Positions 17,527 through 26,385 of a stretch of DNA of 41,519 nt are shown one piece after another. A program made the position numbers and the translations under genes. The notes under the pieces are model-generated. The model made no database searches and had not been told where the DNA came from. It worked only from the letters and a program-made list of their open reading frames with translations. Numbering within the stretch: the stretch's first letter is position 1; each line of letters starts with the position of its first letter. The stretch covers positions 1-41,519 of the forward strand of contig JAZODZ010000640.1 in NCBI GenBank assembly GCA_045597285.1. Direction: 5' to 3'. The stretch is from Myxococcota bacterium (lineage in GTDB: Bacteria; Myxococcota_A; Bradymonadia; UBA4248).

Positions 17527-18975
17527 TTACAAGCTGTCGCCGAAATCGGCGCGGAATTTCCTGACGAGTTCGTTCTGCCAGTTACCGATGGGAGCAAGGC
17601 GGCCGAAGAAGAAGCGTAGAACTTTCGGTTCTTCTACCCAGCTCAGTCCGCCGATGAGGTGGCGATTGTCGTAGAGCCATTTGACGCGGTCAGCGCAGTA
17701 TTTAATCTGCGAGAGTGTAAAGACACGGCGAGGAATGGCGAGCCGGAGGAGTTCGAGTTCGGCGTAATGCTCGGTACCGTCGGGTTCACGCTGTTCCGAA
17801 ATCGAACCGCGTTCCATGCCGCGGATGCCGCCTGCGATGTAGAGAGCTGCAGCCAGTGCGCCCGCCGGATATTGGCTCGACGGGATTTTGCCTTCGAGGA
17901 AGGCCGTCGCATTGATGTGGGCACCGAGGCCGCCGGCGGGTTCGATCATGGGCACGCCGTATCCCGACAGTTCCTTGACGAGATGTTCAATAAATATCGG
18001 GCCTTGCGAGATGATTTCCATGTCGAGCGTTTCGTAGAGACCTTGCGCCATGGCTTCCATCGAACGGACTTCCATGCCGCCGTAAGTCAGGAATCCTTCG
18101 TACAGGGGGACGTACTCCATCAGCTCGCGATAGATGTTCTCGTGCATCGTGATGATTGCCCCGCCGCGGCTGAACCCGAGTTTGCGGCTTGAGAAATAGA
18201 TGATGTCGGCTGCCGCGGCCAGCTGGTGCATGATGTCTTTGATCGGCACGGATTTGTAACCGGGCTCGCGTGTCTTGATGAAGTACAGATTGTCCTGTAA
18301 CAGCGAAGCGTCGATGACGGAACGAATGCCTTCGCGGCGGCAGATGTTGAGGACTTCAAGCATGTTGGACATCGAGATGGGCTGGCCGCCGATGAGGTTC
18401 GTGCCCGTTTCGATGCGCAGAAATGCAATATCTTTGCGGCGTTCCGCAATCAGGACTTTCAGCCTGTCGATGTCGAAGTTGCCCTTGAACGGCTCGTCAT
18501 TGACGGGTTCCAGGCCCTTGGTCGAGACGAGTTCCACGACTTCGCCGCCGACGCGCGTAATGTGTGCTTTCGCCGTCGTAAAGTGGAAATTCATCGGACA
18601 AATCATGCCTGGTTTGACGTAGGCTTCCGCGAGGATATTTTCGCATGCACGGCCCTGGTGCGCCGGCAAAAAATAAGGCGTTCCAAAGACATCGAGAAGC
18701 GCTGTTTTAAGTCGATTGCACGTTTCGCTACCGGCGTAGGCGTCGTCCGCACGAAGCATCGCAGCCTGCTGCAAATCGGACATCGCATTGACGCCCGAGT
18801 CGGTCAGCATATCCATGAAAACGTCTTTGTTCTGAAGCAGAAATGTGTTGTTTCCTGCTTCATTAATCAGCTTAACGCGCTGCTCAATCGGCGGAAGAAA
18901 CAGCTTCTGCACGATGCGGACTTTGTGCATTTCGAGGGGAACCTGTTCTTCCTGCTTATAAAATTTAACGGTCAT
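17527..18975 (-). CDS. Beta-eliminating lyase (tryptophanase / tyrosine phenol-lyase family, PLP-dependent)
   Basis: Remembered similarity to TnaA/TPL along the whole length: NTFLL, DMLTDSGVNAMS, AYAGSE, HQGR, GGQPIS, YFIK, LAIPRRV, EPKVLRFF. The start is set at the ATG at 18975 (MTVKFYKQ) after AGAGAGAAAGAA. The track's upstream 27 aa are dropped. Confidence 0.88.
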   Translation of the reverse strand: MTVKFYKQEEQVPLEMHKVRIVQKLFLPPIEQRVKLINEAGNNTFLLQNKDVFMDMLTDSGVNAMSDLQQAAMLRADDAYAGSETCNRLKTALLDVFGTPYFLPAHQGRACENILAEAYVKPGMICPMNFHFTTAKAHITRVGGEVVELVSTKGLEPVNDEPFKGNFDIDRLKVLIAERRKDIAFLRIETGTNLIGGQPISMSNMLEVLNICRREGIRSVIDASLLQDNLYFIKTREPGYKSVPIKDIMHQLAAAADIIYFSSRKLGFSRGGAIITMHENIYRELMEYVPLYEGFLTYGGMEVRSMEAMAQGLYETLDMEIISQGPIFIEHLVKELSGYGVPMIEPAGGLGAHINATAFLEGKIPSSQYPAGALAAALYIAGGIRGMERGSISEQREPDGTEHYAELELLRLAIPRRVFTLSQIKYCADRVKWLYDNRHLIGGLSWVEEPKVLRFFFGRLAPIGNWQNELVRKFRADFGDSL

Positions 18976-19128
18976 TTCTTTCTCTCTTTTAGGTTTATAA
19001 AACCAGCTTGTCCCCTCATTTCTGCATACATTTTTGCAGATAATTCTGGAAAACATTAAATTTCGCCCGAAATTCGGGATAAAATTTTAATTTCTAATAA
19101 TTTTTTCTATAAAATTCAAGACACAATA

Positions 19129-20865
19129 TCACCGCCAGGTATAGACGGCGTCTTTGGTATCGAGATAGAGGTTGTGTCCCATTTGAATGAACTTTTGTGC
19201 AGCCCAGGGCAAGGGAATTTGCGCACGTTGGCGGCCTGTTGCCCTATCGAGTACGATAATGGCGCGGTCGAGCAGGATATAAATCATTTCGCCGTAAGAG
19301 AATGCGTCGATGGGCGTCGAAACGGTTCGATATTTCCACATGGGCGTTCGCGTTTCGACATCCCAGGCGAGCAGATAGCCGCCGACTTCGGAAATGAGAA
19401 GGATATTGTGCTGGCTGCAATGGATGAAATCGGAATCAAAGACGGCGGTTTGCCAGTCGAATTCATGGGAATCGAGATTCCACGACACGAACTGTCCCGG
19501 GCCGGTCATAAAAATCATGCGATTCTGAAGCTGGCATGACAGGCGGTTGCGAAGCCGCGAAGACGTCTGAAGGCGTTTGACGGTCTCGATTTTTCCATCG
19601 CGGGAAATTTCAAAAAGAGCCTGATCGTTTGCGAAGGCAATCTTGTGATCGTCGAAAGCAATGCCACGAAGTGCTCCTGAAAGGCGCTTTGTCTGCCAGC
19701 GCATCAGGCCTGTTTTTCTGTCGAGGCATTGAATTTCAACACCGCGATTCTGAGTAGGTTCCATGCCCGTATAGAGGCAGAGCAAATCGTCGTCGATGTG
19801 CATGGCGAGGTCGCCGGATTTAATGCTGTCTGCAAACGTGAGCTGGGATTTCCAGGCGTGTTTTTTATTCGTAGGCTGATAGAAGAGAGCCAGACGAATC
19901 GGCGTTTCCGGTGCGACGATGAATGTGGCATCGCGAAAACACGCCATATCGAGAACCGATGAGACCTCGAGATTATGCGGAGGCGAATAGGGAGACTGAA
20001 GCCGACGCAGTTCAAGTGTTCGGTTGGCATTGCTCGAAACCAGACATCCCGATGGATAATACTGATGGCCTGTAAGCCGAAACGCGCTCAAATCGTTGGT
20101 CAAAACCTGGGGAAGAAGCCCCTGGGCTCGAAGCCATTGGGCCGTTTCGTCTTCATGAATGACGGTCAGAACGGGAAATTCGTCTTCAAGGCGTTGCCAG
20201 AAAGACGCTGAGGCCGCATTTTCGGAAGCCAGGGCAATTTCATCGTGATAATCGTAATGCCAGTCATGCCACGACGATTTCGTGCCTTTTGCGACGGAAT
20301 AGGACATGGCAAACGAGAAACTGACTTCAGCTCTTTGCGGCGCGGTTTTAGACACGCGTCGCAGGCGAAGCGTCTGCCGTTTGAAATCGACATTGAGGCG
20401 TCCGACGACCGTTTCATGGCTGTCAATCGAGTTCGCCTTGCGCAAATCCCACGGCTGCGGTGCATGCGCGGACAGAAGGTTCATGATGCGGTTTTCGACA
20501 TCATCCTGGGCAGTTCTCGGTACGCCGCGCAAATTGATGGACACGCGCACGATCTGAGTTTGCGTGTCAGAGGGGAACTGGCTGATGGTCGAACGTTCGG
20601 TCTGCGGCCCCATGTCATTCGATGGCAAATCTTTAAGACTGGCGGGCAAATCGAGTATCAGATGGGGCGGTTCGACGATGGATTCGGCGACGGGATCCGG
20701 ATTATCTGTCGCCGTAAACCGCTCGATATTTTTCGACACTTTTTCGATATCATACTGTGGTGCCTGATTCTTCTTGTTCTGATGCCGCGTCGGCGTCTCC
20801 TTGCAGCCAGAAATGGCGCAAAGAATCAGGATTGCAATAGCGAGTTTAAGTACGCGGCGAATCAT
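19129..20865 (-). CDS. Lipoprotein with a C-terminal PQQ/BamB-like beta-propeller
   Basis: The lipobox is ILCAISGC. The C-terminal half carries repeated D..TG...W blades (LDRKTGLMRWQT, NLDSHEFDWQT, WDVETRTPMWKY, LDRATGRQRAQI). Confidence 0.75.
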   Translation of the reverse strand: MIRRVLKLAIAILILCAISGCKETPTRHQNKKNQAPQYDIEKVSKNIERFTATDNPDPVAESIVEPPHLILDLPASLKDLPSNDMGPQTERSTISQFPSDTQTQIVRVSINLRGVPRTAQDDVENRIMNLLSAHAPQPWDLRKANSIDSHETVVGRLNVDFKRQTLRLRRVSKTAPQRAEVSFSFAMSYSVAKGTKSSWHDWHYDYHDEIALASENAASASFWQRLEDEFPVLTVIHEDETAQWLRAQGLLPQVLTNDLSAFRLTGHQYYPSGCLVSSNANRTLELRRLQSPYSPPHNLEVSSVLDMACFRDATFIVAPETPIRLALFYQPTNKKHAWKSQLTFADSIKSGDLAMHIDDDLLCLYTGMEPTQNRGVEIQCLDRKTGLMRWQTKRLSGALRGIAFDDHKIAFANDQALFEISRDGKIETVKRLQTSSRLRNRLSCQLQNRMIFMTGPGQFVSWNLDSHEFDWQTAVFDSDFIHCSQHNILLISEVGGYLLAWDVETRTPMWKYRTVSTPIDAFSYGEMIYILLDRAIIVLDRATGRQRAQIPLPWAAQKFIQMGHNLYLDTKDAVYTWR

Positions 20866-22115
20866 CCCTTGAAATATGTGCCCATAGCGCGGGCAGCGAC
20901 GTGAGTGCCTTTAATCCACCATTTATCGGCGTTGACGACGAGACCGCTGACAGCGATTTTTCCTTTGGAATCATCGCCCCAGCCGACAAACCAGTTGAAG
21001 GTATAAAGCGGGCGTTTGTTCGAGAGCGTGCCCGTTTTCCCACCCGTCCGAACGCCTTTGCGCCAGCCTTTTCTGGCCTTAAACACGTTCTTGGCTGTAC
21101 CTTCACGCGTCGTGTTTTCGCCCATTCTCGACAGGCGATCGGCGACATCCGCCGAGGTCACGACGAGCCAGGGACGCGGTTTCGCAGTATAGACCGTATT
21201 TCCCGCTGCGTCCGTAATTTCATCGATAATCGTCGGCGTCATCATCACGCCGTGATTCTCGATCGCAGCCGCGATCAATGCGCCATGAAACGGACTCAGG
21301 TTGACGTGCCAGAATCCGGCGGCACTTTTTGCCCGTTCGATATCGTCATCGACGAATTCAGCCGTGCTCACGTCGGTCACAAATTCCGTCGGAAGCTCAC
21401 GATTAAAACCAAATTTGAGCGCAATTTTCTCGAGATCTTCCTTACCAAGGTGCTGGTAGGCCAGGCGAGCCATGATGGCATTGATGGAGTGCCCTATCGC
21501 CTCCTCCAGTGTCCTGCATGTGTTGTCGGTGTTCGGGTTGCCCCGGACATCGGACTCGCTCAATGTGCTTTGCCCACCGGAATAACACACGCGATCCTGT
21601 TCTGTGACGCTCCCTTTTTCGAGCAGTGCTGCAGCCGTGATGAGCTTAAAAACAGACGCCGAAGGCGCAAGTGCCTTCGTGGCATAGTGATCGATATGGG
21701 GACGTGCATGGGATGCCGAAGCCAATCCAAGAACGCGTCCCGTGCCTGGCTCAATAGCCACACCGCCACCATAGGGCACGCTGTACTGCTCCATCAGATT
21801 CTGCATAGAATCCTGTATTTCACGATTCAACGACAGTTTTGCTCTGCGCCCCTCCGACAGATTGACATAAGCCGTATTCCCTTCCCACACGATATCGGCA
21901 AGATCGAATTTCACGCCAGAATCGACATTCGATGGCGTACTTTCAATGGGTTTGGGCGCCTCAACCTCCTGGGCGTAAGCCAGTGTCTGCGGCAAAAACT
22001 TGTCCTCGCTCTCGAATATGCCCGTGGCAGAAAAAAGGCACCAAAGCCCGATAATTGCGACCAATATGGCCAGGGTAATCCATCTCTTTTGTGTATATCG
22101 ACGTACTCTGCGCAT
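20862..22115 (-). CDS. Penicillin-binding protein, transpeptidase type (short, monofunctional)
   Basis: It has SxxK (SVFK), SxN (SIN) and KTG (KTGT), plus an N-terminal TM WITLAILVAIIGLW. The start is at the ATG at 22115 after GGGAGG. Its TGA overlaps the ATG of the next gene (ATGA at 20862-20865). Confidence 0.85.
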   Translation of the reverse strand: MRRVRRYTQKRWITLAILVAIIGLWCLFSATGIFESEDKFLPQTLAYAQEVEAPKPIESTPSNVDSGVKFDLADIVWEGNTAYVNLSEGRRAKLSLNREIQDSMQNLMEQYSVPYGGGVAIEPGTGRVLGLASASHARPHIDHYATKALAPSASVFKLITAAALLEKGSVTEQDRVCYSGGQSTLSESDVRGNPNTDNTCRTLEEAIGHSINAIMARLAYQHLGKEDLEKIALKFGFNRELPTEFVTDVSTAEFVDDDIERAKSAAGFWHVNLSPFHGALIAAAIENHGVMMTPTIIDEITDAAGNTVYTAKPRPWLVVTSADVADRLSRMGENTTREGTAKNVFKARKGWRKGVRTGGKTGTLSNKRPLYTFNWFVGWGDDSKGKIAVSGLVVNADKWWIKGTHVAARAMGTYFKG

Positions 22116-22203
22116 GAAACCTCCCTGTAACACGGCGGCAACCCATTCTAGTGGATTCCGCCTCGTGCGCAAAATTTATGGCTATTCAACCCCTAATGGC
22201 GGT

Positions 22204-22246
22204 TCTTAGGTACGCAATTCTAACGGAATGAGGCAGGAGGCAGGGG
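22204..22246 (-). promoter_or_regulatory. Family-U conserved upstream element, copy in front of the PBP gene
   Basis: The reverse complement reads CCCCTGCCTCCTGCCTCATTCCGTTAGAATTGCGTACCTAAGA. It has two CCTGCCT heptamers and a degenerate version of the STK/peptidase core. It lies about 90-130 nt upstream of the ATG at 22115. Confidence 0.35.
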
Positions 22247-22344
22247 TTCTGCACCCGATGGTGATTCTGAATTTCAGAGTTTAGTCCAATCCATGATTGT
22301 GGCTTGAGATACTAAAAAAGTACTCAATTCCTATGTCATGTAAC

Positions 22345-22417
22345 GGGTGAGCGCAAGCGAACCCATTTCCCCTCGCCCAATGGGAGAGGGGTGCCGCGAT
22401 AGCGGCGGGGTGAGGTC
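22345..22417 (-). repeat. Family-E repeat, full copy abutting the stop of the CxxC gene
   Basis: The reverse complement aligns with 461-510 (CCTCAC..GCTATCGCG..CCTCT..CCATTGGG.GAGG). It contains the hairpin CCCCTC/GAGGGG. Confidence 0.6.
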
Positions 22418-23420
22418 AACTCTCGGTATTCTCCGTATTCTCGGAGTTTTCTTTATGGCTCTTGCGAATATATGAGCCGTTGGCGCATTTATCCATTTCG
22501 TCACGCGTATGCGACATGAAAACTTCGTCATTCATGCAATGCTTGCAGAGCAGTTCCTGACCGGGTTTGGGTTTGAACGGAACGAAGTCCTGCGCGGCAC
22601 AACGCGCACACGTAAAAGGATACTCGCTTGCTGCGACGCGGTTCCGATGCGCCCACTCCTCGCCAAACTGTTTTTCTGCGCACTGTCTGCAAAGAATATC
22701 GCCGTGCGTTTTGGGAACGAATGGCAGGACATCGGTATTGCCACAACGCGCACAGACAATCTCCACGCGGATTTTGGTGCCATGCACGACGGAAGGATGG
22801 TTCTTCGCAAAATATTCTCGCTGGCGCTGTTTTTCTTCGCATTCTTTGGCGTGACAATCGCGGCAAAGAACGCGGCTCCCCTCGTCCGGTTTGAATGGAA
22901 CCTTGCTCTGTTTCCCGCACACGGAACAAATGATGTTGTGATAAATCTTGCCGCCAATGCGCTCGACATTGGGATTTTTCATGCATTCCTGACAAAGCAC
23001 AACGCTTCCTTCATAAGGCTTGAAGTTGACGGTATCTTCCTTGCCGCAATGCGAACAAACGATGGGATATTGCTGAGGCGGTTCCTGCGAACGGCGCGAG
23101 TCCCTCGAACGGTTGTTATGAAAATCACGTCCATCCCGACGGTTGTCGCGATCGCCATGGAAATCGCGTCTGTCGCGATCGCTATGAAAATCGCGCCCAT
23201 CCCGGCGGCTGTCGTGATCGTGACGATTATCTCTACGATTGTCGCGATCAGTTCTCCCATCGCGATGGTTATCATTTTGCCGAGCGGAACGAAGGCAGTA
23301 TTTGCACAAAATTCGGCGTCCTTTATCGGGTTCAAACGGAACCCTGAATTCATCTCCACATTCGCTGCATACGACATCGTACCAAACCTGATCGTCTTTC
23401 GACGGACGTTCTTCTGCCAT
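22416..23420 (-). CDS. Five-fold CxxC-x17-CxxC zinc-ribbon repeat protein with an Arg/Asp-rich linker
   Basis: It has five exact C-x2-C-x17-C-x2-C units, each with a V(P/N)F.P core. About 65 aa of RD/RDFH repeats lie between units 1 and 2. The start is at the ATG at 23420 after GGGAGAG (the track start at 23456 is TTG). Confidence 0.8.
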   Translation of the reverse strand: MAEERPSKDDQVWYDVVCSECGDEFRVPFEPDKGRRILCKYCLRSARQNDNHRDGRTDRDNRRDNRHDHDSRRDGRDFHSDRDRRDFHGDRDNRRDGRDFHNNRSRDSRRSQEPPQQYPIVCSHCGKEDTVNFKPYEGSVVLCQECMKNPNVERIGGKIYHNIICSVCGKQSKVPFKPDEGSRVLCRDCHAKECEEKQRQREYFAKNHPSVVHGTKIRVEIVCARCGNTDVLPFVPKTHGDILCRQCAEKQFGEEWAHRNRVAASEYPFTCARCAAQDFVPFKPKPGQELLCKHCMNDEVFMSHTRDEMDKCANGSYIRKSHKENSENTENTES

Positions 23421-23487
23421 TTTTCTCTCCCACTCTGCTTTTATTGGTCTTGTCAAAACTTAAAATTGCCGGAAATCGATCCGAATC

Positions 23488-23517
23488 GTCCGCATGCTTT
23501 TACTCGCAAATGCGGAC
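23488..23517. promoter_or_regulatory. Inverted repeat in a divergent promoter region (possible operator)
   Basis: GTCCGCAT-N14-ATGCGGAC is a perfect 8-bp inverted repeat. It lies between the CxxC gene (-) and the phosphatase gene (+). Confidence 0.3.
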
Positions 23518-23530
23518 AATGTGAACTCTT

Positions 23531-23558
23531 TTCAATTTATTCAGATTGGGTTTATAAT
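23531..23558 (+). promoter_or_regulatory. Sigma-70-like promoter for the PPP phosphatase-TPR pair
   Basis: TTCAAT-N16-TATAAT ends 50 nt before the ATG at 23608. Confidence 0.4.
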
Positions 23559-23607
23559 ACTCGAACACTTTTTTTCGGCCTTGTTGGAAGGTCATGGCGA
23601 GGGATTT

Positions 23608-24732
23608 ATGGCAAAATACACGGTAAACCTGTCAAATTCCGTAGTGTATAGTATAGGCGACACGCATGGATGCGGGCGCGAAGTGATGGAGTTTATTACG
23701 CGTCTGGAACTTCGCAGCTGTCGTCTCGGTGAACATCATCCCGCATATATTCAGCTCGGTGATTTGTGCGATGGCTTTGCATTTCCGGAAGATCGGAGCA
23801 TCGATGCCCTTCGTGCCCGTTCCGAAGAACGCCTCAACTCGATACCTGAGCTTCGCGAAGTTCTGTTCCGCGAATCGAACCACTTCGTCGACTGGACCCG
23901 CGATGAAGGCGTCCGCGGGCAAATGACAGGCCGGGAATTGTTCGACTGTGACAGGCAGGACGTCGTCGAGGCGGTTTACCAGGCATTTCGATGTTTTGAA
24001 ACACTGCTCCTCTATTCGCGTTTTCAGCAACGCCATTCCAACGAATTCTTCGTAATCTTTGGCAATCACGATGGCGATATCCTCCGCGGGCGCTGTGCTT
24101 ATGGTCGCCAGCAAAAATACATCCTTCTTGGCCTTCTCGGCCTGTCCCCGGATGCCGTCATCAACCACATGGCCAACGGCAAACCCTCGCGAATCCTGCG
24201 TCATCCCTGGTTCCGCTGGCTCAATGCTCGCCCGCATATCATCATGAGCAAGGACACAGTCTATATGCACGGAGGTCCGACCGGCGAAATCGGTTCGACC
24301 ATCCAGCCCGGCGATTCCTTCAATGAATGGCTCCAAACCATCGACAATGCTCGCCTTGAAGGCATGGATCATCCGTTGTTCAAAGAACATGAATCCTTCC
24401 TCTCGCCGGACGGTGCCCCCAATGACTGGCTCATGCACCCCGAGTGCATCCGCAATTTCCTGCACGCCGCCAGTAAAACCTATCTCGCTGTCGGCCATTC
24501 GCCGTTTCTCGATTACGAAAAAGGCCCCATGCTCGATCTCGAACATGCCGACGACATCATGAAAAAACGGTTCAGAACACCGGCCCAGCTGCCCCCCGAC
24601 AATTGCCTCATCAAACACGACACGAACATGAAACGCGTCGGCGAACTCTGGGCATGTCGCCACGAAGTCGGAACCGATGTATGGACGGGAATTGATGCCG
24701 ATTTGAACGAATTTCCGCTTAGATGCTCATGA
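23608..24732 (+). CDS. PPP-family metallophosphoesterase (Ser/Thr phosphatase / ApaH-like)
   Basis: Motifs are GDTHG, GDLCDG, GNHD, HGG and GHS. The start is at the ATG at 23608 (MAKYTV). Confidence 0.8.
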   Translation: MAKYTVNLSNSVVYSIGDTHGCGREVMEFITRLELRSCRLGEHHPAYIQLGDLCDGFAFPEDRSIDALRARSEERLNSIPELREVLFRESNHFVDWTRDEGVRGQMTGRELFDCDRQDVVEAVYQAFRCFETLLLYSRFQQRHSNEFFVIFGNHDGDILRGRCAYGRQQKYILLGLLGLSPDAVINHMANGKPSRILRHPWFRWLNARPHIIMSKDTVYMHGGPTGEIGSTIQPGDSFNEWLQTIDNARLEGMDHPLFKEHESFLSPDGAPNDWLMHPECIRNFLHAASKTYLAVGHSPFLDYEKGPMLDLEHADDIMKKRFRTPAQLPPDNCLIKHDTNMKRVGELWACRHEVGTDVWTGIDADLNEFPLRCS

Positions 24733-25478
24733 AATTATTATTCAATTTCATCGCGATTGTTTCGGCAATAGGCATTGCCTCGATTGCCATGGCCGAAACA
24801 GTTCCCGGTTCGGATGACTGGCATTTCGATATGTCCAAAGCCATCGCAATCGAGCTGGCCGATACACCGGCATGGAGCCTTGCCATGCCCTATCTGCATG
24901 AAATCGGCCCCAAAACACAGGATTGGAACATTCTGCTCCTTCAGGCACGCGTCGAGCTTCAGCGCGGCGATGTCAAAAACGCCCAAACCCTTATCGAACG
25001 CGCCCTTTCCGCACATCCAAAGAATCCGCGCATACTCGCCATGGCCGGCAATATCGCCGCCGACGCCGGTGAACAGGACAAAGCCGTCGGTTACTTCGAT
25101 TCCGTCCTCTCGATGCAACCGGATAACACACAAGTACTCATGGCACTCGGTCGAATTCGCTCAGCCCAGGGCAAATGGAACGACGCCATCGATATCTATC
25201 AGCGCCTGCTCAAGCTGACGATGCCCACCGCCGAGATTTGTTCGCGCCTTGCAGCCGCCTGCGAAAACACGGGCGACCTCGATTGCGCCGAAAAATACCT
25301 CCTCATGAATCTCGACATTCATCCCAACCGCGCACTCGCTCTCTTGCCGCTCGAACGCTTCTATCGACGTCATCAGAAAACGGACAAGGCCAACGACATT
25401 GCCCGCGAACTCAGCCGATATAAAAAGAATGAAAATGAGAATCGCGAGCTTCGGGCGCTCCAGAAATCGGCCAAATAG
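24723..25478 (+). CDS. Secreted TPR-repeat protein
   Basis: It has a signal peptide LLFNFIAIVSAIGIASIAMA. TPR-like helices include ALSAHPKNPRIL and VLSMQPDNTQVLMALG. The alternative ATG at 24729 makes an ATGA overlap with the upstream stop. Confidence 0.75.
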   Translation: MLMKLLFNFIAIVSAIGIASIAMAETVPGSDDWHFDMSKAIAIELADTPAWSLAMPYLHEIGPKTQDWNILLLQARVELQRGDVKNAQTLIERALSAHPKNPRILAMAGNIAADAGEQDKAVGYFDSVLSMQPDNTQVLMALGRIRSAQGKWNDAIDIYQRLLKLTMPTAEICSRLAAACENTGDLDCAEKYLLMNLDIHPNRALALLPLERFYRRHQKTDKANDIARELSRYKKNENENRELRALQKSAK

Positions 25479-25492
25479 CTAGTTTTTTGGGG

Positions 25493-25543
25493 GCTCGCCT
25501 ATTGACATACGGCGAGCCAGCCGCGCTATTGCATACGCGCGGC
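25493..25543 (+). repeat. Family-H hairpin cluster (2 modules)
   Basis: The modules are GCTCGCC-TATTGACATAC-GGCGAGC and GCCGCGC-TATTGCATAC-GCGCGGC. They lie between convergent genes. Confidence 0.75.
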
Positions 25544-25595
25544 TCGTCTTGGGGCATCAATGCTTTCCGAGGGCGATTCGTCTGCGAGCAGTGAC

Positions 25596-26339
25596 TTATT
25601 TTTCAAACTCAACCCATTGCGGTCCATCCGCCCAAGGCGCGACCTGATAAGGGCTAAAATACACGCGGATTCCCGTGTCAGTCCGCAATACATTGTTGAA
25701 ATGCTCCAGATCGGGTTCTGTCCCGCTCTCAATCCAGTCCTCGATTCCTTCTGCATTGTCTATCTGCTGGGGCAACAGTCGCCTGGATTCCTCGGAAAGG
25801 TGCTTGAGCCCCGCCGTGACATCGTCGTAAATATCCGCAACCGTGAGGACTTTTCCCGATTTGTCGATCATCTGCGTATCGTAATAGAAAAATCCATGTG
25901 CCCCGCCGGTATAGCCGTCATGCGTGTATAAAATATCGAGGCCATCCGCACCGATGCGCACGATTTCATATTCCATCGAGTGATAATACTTCGCGAGTTC
26001 TTCATTGGGTACTTGATCGCCATACAGCTCGGCTATGCTTTGTTTGCTCTGTTCAAACGCCTCTTTGGCATATTGCTCAATGGACTTGTCGATGGCATCA
26101 ATGCCAAACGCAGGATATCGGAACGTAAACGTGCAGTAGGGTTCCGTCGCTTCGAGTACTTTCTCGGTGGCCTTCAGGTCGGCCGGCAAATCTGCCGCTT
26201 CGGCGGGTGCATTCACGGCTTTGTCGACCGTTTTGTCGGTCGACACCTGGTCATTCGTTGCCGTGTCAACCGTCTTGGGCGTCGGCGAACACGCAATCAT
26301 GGCGGATGTACAGAGAATCACAGCAAAAAGACGTTTCAT
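25596..26339 (-). CDS. DUF4163/DUF3298 (RsiV-like) lipoprotein, paralogue A
   Basis: The lipobox is AMIACS. Motifs are HDGYTGGAHGFFYY and RVYFSPYQVAPWADG. The start is at the ATG at 26339 after GGAG. Confidence 0.8.
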   Translation of the reverse strand: MKRLFAVILCTSAMIACSPTPKTVDTATNDQVSTDKTVDKAVNAPAEAADLPADLKATEKVLEATEPYCTFTFRYPAFGIDAIDKSIEQYAKEAFEQSKQSIAELYGDQVPNEELAKYYHSMEYEIVRIGADGLDILYTHDGYTGGAHGFFYYDTQMIDKSGKVLTVADIYDDVTAGLKHLSEESRRLLPQQIDNAEGIEDWIESGTEPDLEHFNNVLRTDTGIRVYFSPYQVAPWADGPQWVEFEK

Positions 26340-26385
26340 GTATTTCTCCATCCCCTTTGTGAGGGTAATCGATAACACTCATGTG

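Noticed and set aside
18976-19056. N-terminal extensions offered by the ORF track for several genes: the lyase (to 19056), PBP (22172), obg (36561), phosphatase (23494), DUF3298-A (26378), His-rich lipoprotein (27425), FHA (35452), peptidase (41366), malQ (14151), the CxxC gene (23456, TTG) and the giant gene (13590, TTG).
   Set aside because: In each case an internal ATG is preceded at 5-9 nt by a GGAG/GAGG-type RBS and restores the canonical N-terminus (for example MRFVDE for Obg, a signal peptide or lipobox for the lipoproteins). The extensions have no RBS and add non-homologous residues.
20901-22130. A 409-aa ORF on the + strand, antisense to the PBP gene.
   Set aside because: It is exactly codon-aligned with the minus-strand PBP frame (both occupy positions 0,1,2 mod 3). 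In that register antisense stops arise only from sense TTA, CTA and TCA codons, which this genome visibly avoids in favour of CTC/CTG and TCG/TCC/AGC. It has no RBS and no recognisable motifs, and its translation is R/F/H-rich nonsense. The PBP frame has SxxK/SxN/KTG.
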